From NCBI GenBank assembly GCA_000388065.2, contig KB932203.1: DNA of 60,647 nucleotides. One strand, 5' to 3'. Of this stretch, positions 56,258 through 60,647 are shown one piece after another. A model generated the notes under the pieces. It ran no database searches. It was not told where the DNA came from and was given only the letters and a program-made list of their open reading frames with translations. Source of the stretch: Fonticula alba ATCC 38817. Lineage: Eukaryota > Protista > Nucleariida. Positions within the stretch are counted from its first letter, which is position 1, and every line of letters starts with the position of its first letter. A program made the translations under genes and the position numbers.

Positions 56258-57755
56258 CAGTTAGTTGCAGGCCCATTGGTAAACAAAAGCCAGCCCCCGG
56301 GGGCCGGGGCGAGCGCGCGGATGCACATCCCCACCACACAACCGAGGGGAGGGGGGCAGTACGTACGGCATCATTCGGAGGGGGGAATTCGATCTTCCGG
56401 TCGATACGACCAGGCCGGAGGAGGGCATCATCCAGGATGTCAATGCGATTGGTGGCCATGATGACCTTGATGTTGTTGTTGGGCTCGAAGCCATCCAGCT
56501 GGTTGAGCAGCTCCAGCATGGTCCGCTGGACCTCGCTATCGCCGCCGCCCTTGCCACCGCCGCCGCCATCGCCACGGCTGCTGCCGATGGAGTCGATCTC
56601 ATCCATGAAGATGATCGAGGGGGCATGCTCACGGGCCAGGACGAAGAGCTCGCGCACCATGCGCGACCCCTCGCCAATGTACTTCTGGACCAGCTCGCTG
56701 CCGGACACGCGGATGAAGGTGCACGCGGTGTGGTGGGCCACCGCACGAGCCAGCAGGGTCTTCCCGGTACCCGGCGGGCCATACAGCAGGACACCCTTCG
56801 GCTGGAAGATGCCCAGCGCCTCGAAGAGCTCCGGGTGCTGGATCGGCAGCTCGATGACCTCCTTGATTTCGCGAATCTGCTTGTCCAGGCCGCCGATCAT
56901 GTCGTACGTCGAGTCGGGGACCTTCTCCACCATCATCAGCGACACAAGGGGATCAATCTTGTTGGGGAGGATCTGCAGGGAGGGGGCAAATGCAGGCGAG
57001 GGAGGAGGAGGAGGAGGAGGAGGAGGAGGAGGAGGAGGAGGAGAGGTCAGTCGAGGGGGAGAAGGGCCGAGGGGGGGGGGGGGGGGGCGGAGGGGGGGCG
57101 GTCAAGAGGATTCGGACCTTGTGCAGGGTATAGCTGTCGTTGCGCAGGGCCACGCGCGTGGTGGCGGTGAGCGTGGAAATGTCGATGGCCTTGTCGACCT
57201 TGACAAGGTACTTGCCCTCGGGGTGGACCTGAAAAGGGCAGCGGAGATGGCATGAAGAGTCAGGCCGATTGGAGGGGCACAAGAAAGAGCAGGGGAGAAC
57301 AGCCGGCAGGGGCAGGGGAGGAAGAAAATAGGAGGCGGCCCGAAAGCACCACACGCACCTTGACGAGAACACGATCTGAGCCCATGACCTTAACGACCTC
57401 GCCAACGTAGGAGCCGGGCTCCTGCAGGAGCTGGAGCTCCTCGCGGAGGCTGCGGACTGCGGGAAATATGCAACGGGGGGGGGGCAGGGCAGGGGGAGAT
57501 GCGGGTGAGAAGGCGCATTTGGGCGGGAGCCGGGCGGAGCTAAGACACAAGGCCCTGGTGCCTGGGCATACCCTTGGAGTTTAGCTCGTTGCGCTGGGCC
57601 TCCAGGCGCCGGAGGTTCTGGGTCTTCTCATGGATGGCCACCTGCAGGTCCTCAATGCGTGACCGGAAGTAGGCGGCCAGGTCGTCGGAGTTGGCGCCGG
57701 CGGCATCTGTGCCACTGGGCACAGCCGACGCGAGCGACATCGCGAGGGACGACAT
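55933..57755 (-). CDS. PSMC5: 26S proteasome AAA-ATPase Rpt6. Exons 57755-57572, 57456-57359, 57228-57118, 56972-56367, 56184-55933
   Basis: Motifs include [54 protein letters not shown], Walker A GPPGTGKT, Walker [45 protein letters not shown] and CTEAGM.ALRERR.HVT..DFE.AVAKVM. Confidence 0.98.
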
Positions 57756-59858
57756 GTCTCTGGCTCTGAAGGGGCGGCGTCAGACGGCGGGAGACGGGCG
57801 AGGTGGCTTGAGCGACACAATATATGTGGAGGGGGGGAGGGGAGGCAGCTGGGTGTGTATGTAAATAAATTGGGCAAAACCCTCCGGACGGAAGGAGTCG
57901 CAAATGAAGCCTCCCGGCTTACCGGGGGCAATACTGGCAGCTGACTAGAGACTTGTCGCCCCTCCCTCGGGGCCGGGTCGAAGCCGGGGCCGAAGGGACG
58001 GGGGCGGGGGCGGGACTGGAGTCCCGGCATCAGCCTGATCGGCCCGCGAGAAACATGCGCTCGCCGCAGGGTCGTCACTTCAGGCCCCGCCGGCGGCCTG
58101 TCTCCCATGTCGGGGCTTCGGGCTTCCTCAGTGGGCTTCGTTCTTCCCCGGGCCCCGCCCCCGGGCCCCCGAGCTCAGCGCATGCAGGCCCTGATGTTTC
58201 TTCACCCCCCCAGGGCTGGCAGTCCACGTCAGGAAGCCGGTGATGCAACGGCACAGGCACGCGCGCGCTGGCAGCCAGCACCAACCGGGCAAGATGGTCG
58301 GGCTCGGGGGGGGGGAGACAAGGGGGCTTCGAGCAAGTTCCACTTGGCATGCTGCTGTGCAGCCACCCTAGCAGGCCCCGTTCCCTCGCTGCGCCTGTCC
58401 CCGTCCCCTCGCCTGGCCCTGACCGGCGGGGATCCGGGCGCGAATGTGATGAGGGAGGGGGGGTGGGGCGGCGCGGCGCGGCGCTATCGGTGTCGGTCCG
58501 CGGGGATATGGCTCGGGAGCCGCGCGCGGCGGCCGTCGAAGTGGCGGAGCCCAGGGTGGCCAGTCGATTTGGTTGTGGGTGGCAGGGGTGGCCCTGGGGT
58601 CCCGGCGGCGCCAAGCTGGACTGGCTCTTCCCCTTTGGTGGCCTCTCTCTCCGGGCACGGACCGCCGAAAGGTGTCACCGGCCCCGGATCAGTTGGCAGC
58701 AAGTGGTCCAGGCGGCCGTCCCCCGGGGGGCGGTGATGCTGACGGTCCTCTGGTCGTAGGCCGACGTGCGAGCACCGCCCCCCCCCCCCCCGCTGGCCAG
58801 TGCGTGGCGCAAGCCGCCTCCAAGCATGTGTGTGTGCGTGTGTGTCACTCTCCCTCTCTCGAGTGTGGCCACTTTCGCTTGTGCCAGCAGCCAGGGCTGA
58901 GGGCGGGGGGGGGGGGGGCCGGAGCCGCAATGCCGCGCACGATGGGAAGCTTGGCCGCAGGAGGAGAGACACGCTGAGCGATTGGCCCGTCATGTCCTCC
59001 GGCCGTAAGCCCCCCCCCCCCCCCCCCTCCCTCCCCCGCGCCTAAAGCCGGCGTCTCTGCGGCCCGCGCCCATATTGTCGCCACCTTCCGCCGGCCATTC
59101 TCTCTCATGCGGCTGACCATTCGGGCTCGGAGAGCGGGTCTTTGAGATCCTCGGAAACAGCCGGCCTCAAGCAGCCGACACCCCGACATCGGCTGGGGCA
59201 GGCCATGCAAATATACGCATCACACACACACACACACCCTGGTCCGCCAGCAGCTGGCCCCATTTGGCTGGGTGTGAGACGTGTCACTTTCAATTTCCGG
59301 AATTAGGCTGTTCTGGGGAGGGAGACCGCCCGTTGTGCCGGAGCTCCCCTCTCGCAGACCCGCTCAATTCTTGAGATCGAACCTGCACGCATGTGCACAC
59401 GCACACACACGCACACACGCACACACGCACACACACACACATACACACACACCCGGACGGATACGCACTTGCACTTTTCCAAAAAGAAAAATGCCTCTGG
59501 TTGCGGCTGCCTCCGACTCCTCCTCTGGCGTGAGGCACACAAAAAAGTAGACACATAAGGAGGGAGAACCCGAAAAGGTGGAATTAATATTTTGCACGGT
59601 ATATATTTTAGGGATCACGCGGGGAACTGTACGCATGATGCCCTACAAGGACAGGGATTGGCCCCAGGGATTTCAGGCTCTGCGGGGCTGCTCAGAGGGT
59701 GGCGCGCAGATGTGCGTGCGTGCGTGCGTGCNNNNNNNNNNCTACAAGGACAGGGATTGGCCCCAGGGATTTCAGAGACAGCTATAGACCCTACGTTTTA
59801 GCGGAAGGATGGCCGACAATCCGGGCCCAACGGACGATCCTTTACTGTTAAACATTGT

Positions 59859-59889
<31 letters not shown>

Positions 59890-60647
59890 GCATGCACCTT
59901 GCGCATGGGGCCGCGCACACGCACACTCACGAGGATGTACGCATGCGCATACGTAAAGGGTAACTTGCCGTGGGCACACAGGCCAGTCCCCCTTACAAGG
60001 TGGCCTGTGTGCGGGGAGGCAGCCACTCGCCGATCTCTTTCTGGGGGGGGGGGATCGCCCACAGTCTCTGGTCTGGGGGAATCCCTCCCGGAGAAGGAGA
60101 GAGATGAGGGGGAGAGAGAGAGAGAGAGAGGTCATCCCGTGCGGCTGTGCACAAAGGGGAGGCGCAGGGCGAGGCCCATGAGGGGGGGGCCATTCGGCCG
60201 CTTGCACATCTCGCCCCTTGCGCTCTGGACCAGCCAGGCGCATGTGCATGATGGTGGCGTGCACACGTATGCACACGTATGCACACATGCTACGGAGATG
60301 GCCATACTATGCATGCCACATGGAGGGTGGCCCGGAGTGTGGGAGTGCACCACATGTTGCCCGCCTCTTTCTCGCGCACGGCCAGCTGCTTGTCGCCTTG
60401 CTTTCCTCTGGGACATATTCCCAGGGAGGAGGGGAGGGACCAGGGGGAGGGACCAGGGGGAGGGAGTGGCCTTCCACAGCTCTTCGCTTTCTCGTCGTCT
60501 CCAGGTGGCACCTCCCTTGTCGGGCTCGGGGTGCACCCGGAGGAGGAGACAGGACGGGCGAAAGACACCGAGAGCGGAAGGGAGACGAGCGCGACATTGG
60601 GTGAAAATTTGTCGGCAGCCATCGCTCCCCCCCCCCCCCCCCCCCCC

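Noticed and set aside
56535-56580. Gly-rich loop [19 protein letters not shown] in Rpt6
   Set aside because: A small expansion of a normally Gly-rich pore-2 region. All catalytic motifs are intact.
57449-57458. Tandem acceptors (cgcag/tccgcag) in PSMC5 intron 1
   Set aside because: The distal AG is 7 nt away and would frameshift an essential gene, so it is unlikely to be functional.
59370-59390. GGTTCGATCTC on the - strand resembling a tRNA T-loop / Pol III B-box
   Set aside because: Imperfect B-box, with no A-box spacing or cloverleaf stems that I could fold.

Overview
This is a eukaryotic, very GC-rich and intron-dense window with C-run, (CT)n and (CA)n microsatellite-filled introns and 10 N-gaps. 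Gene content and style point to a unicellular opisthokont such as Fonticula alba; that identity is an inference, not verified. I built spliced models by hand for 14 protein-coding genes, with GT-AG introns checked for phase: a membrane-anchored M24B Xaa-Pro peptidase, a tandem RasGAP, CCDC115/Vma22, TBC1D22/Gyp1, RCC1L, PGS1, a CRAL-TRIO protein, TRAP-alpha, an intronless bacterial-type alpha2 glycyl-tRNA synthetase, TFIIH p52/Tfb2, coronin-7, a GPI-anchored ADAM/ADAMTS-like metzincin, an intronless NADPH-dependent FMN reductase and proteasome Rpt6. I recognised no tRNA, rRNA, CRISPR array or transposon. Most long ORFs in the track are GC-rich shadow ORFs. The most notable signals are: (1) a bacterial-type GlyRS with intact catalytic residues, the family from which animal POLG2 derives; (2) a RasGAP followed by a catalytically dead second GAP domain; (3) a strongly +4C 5' splice-site consensus (GTRCGY); (4) a Tfb2 that seems to lack most of its p8-binding C-terminus; (5) a GPI-anchored minimal ADAM(TS)-like protease; and (6) an Illumina adapter embedded in the assembly, which explains an apparent tandem duplication. 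Family alignments quoted are from memory and no searches were run.
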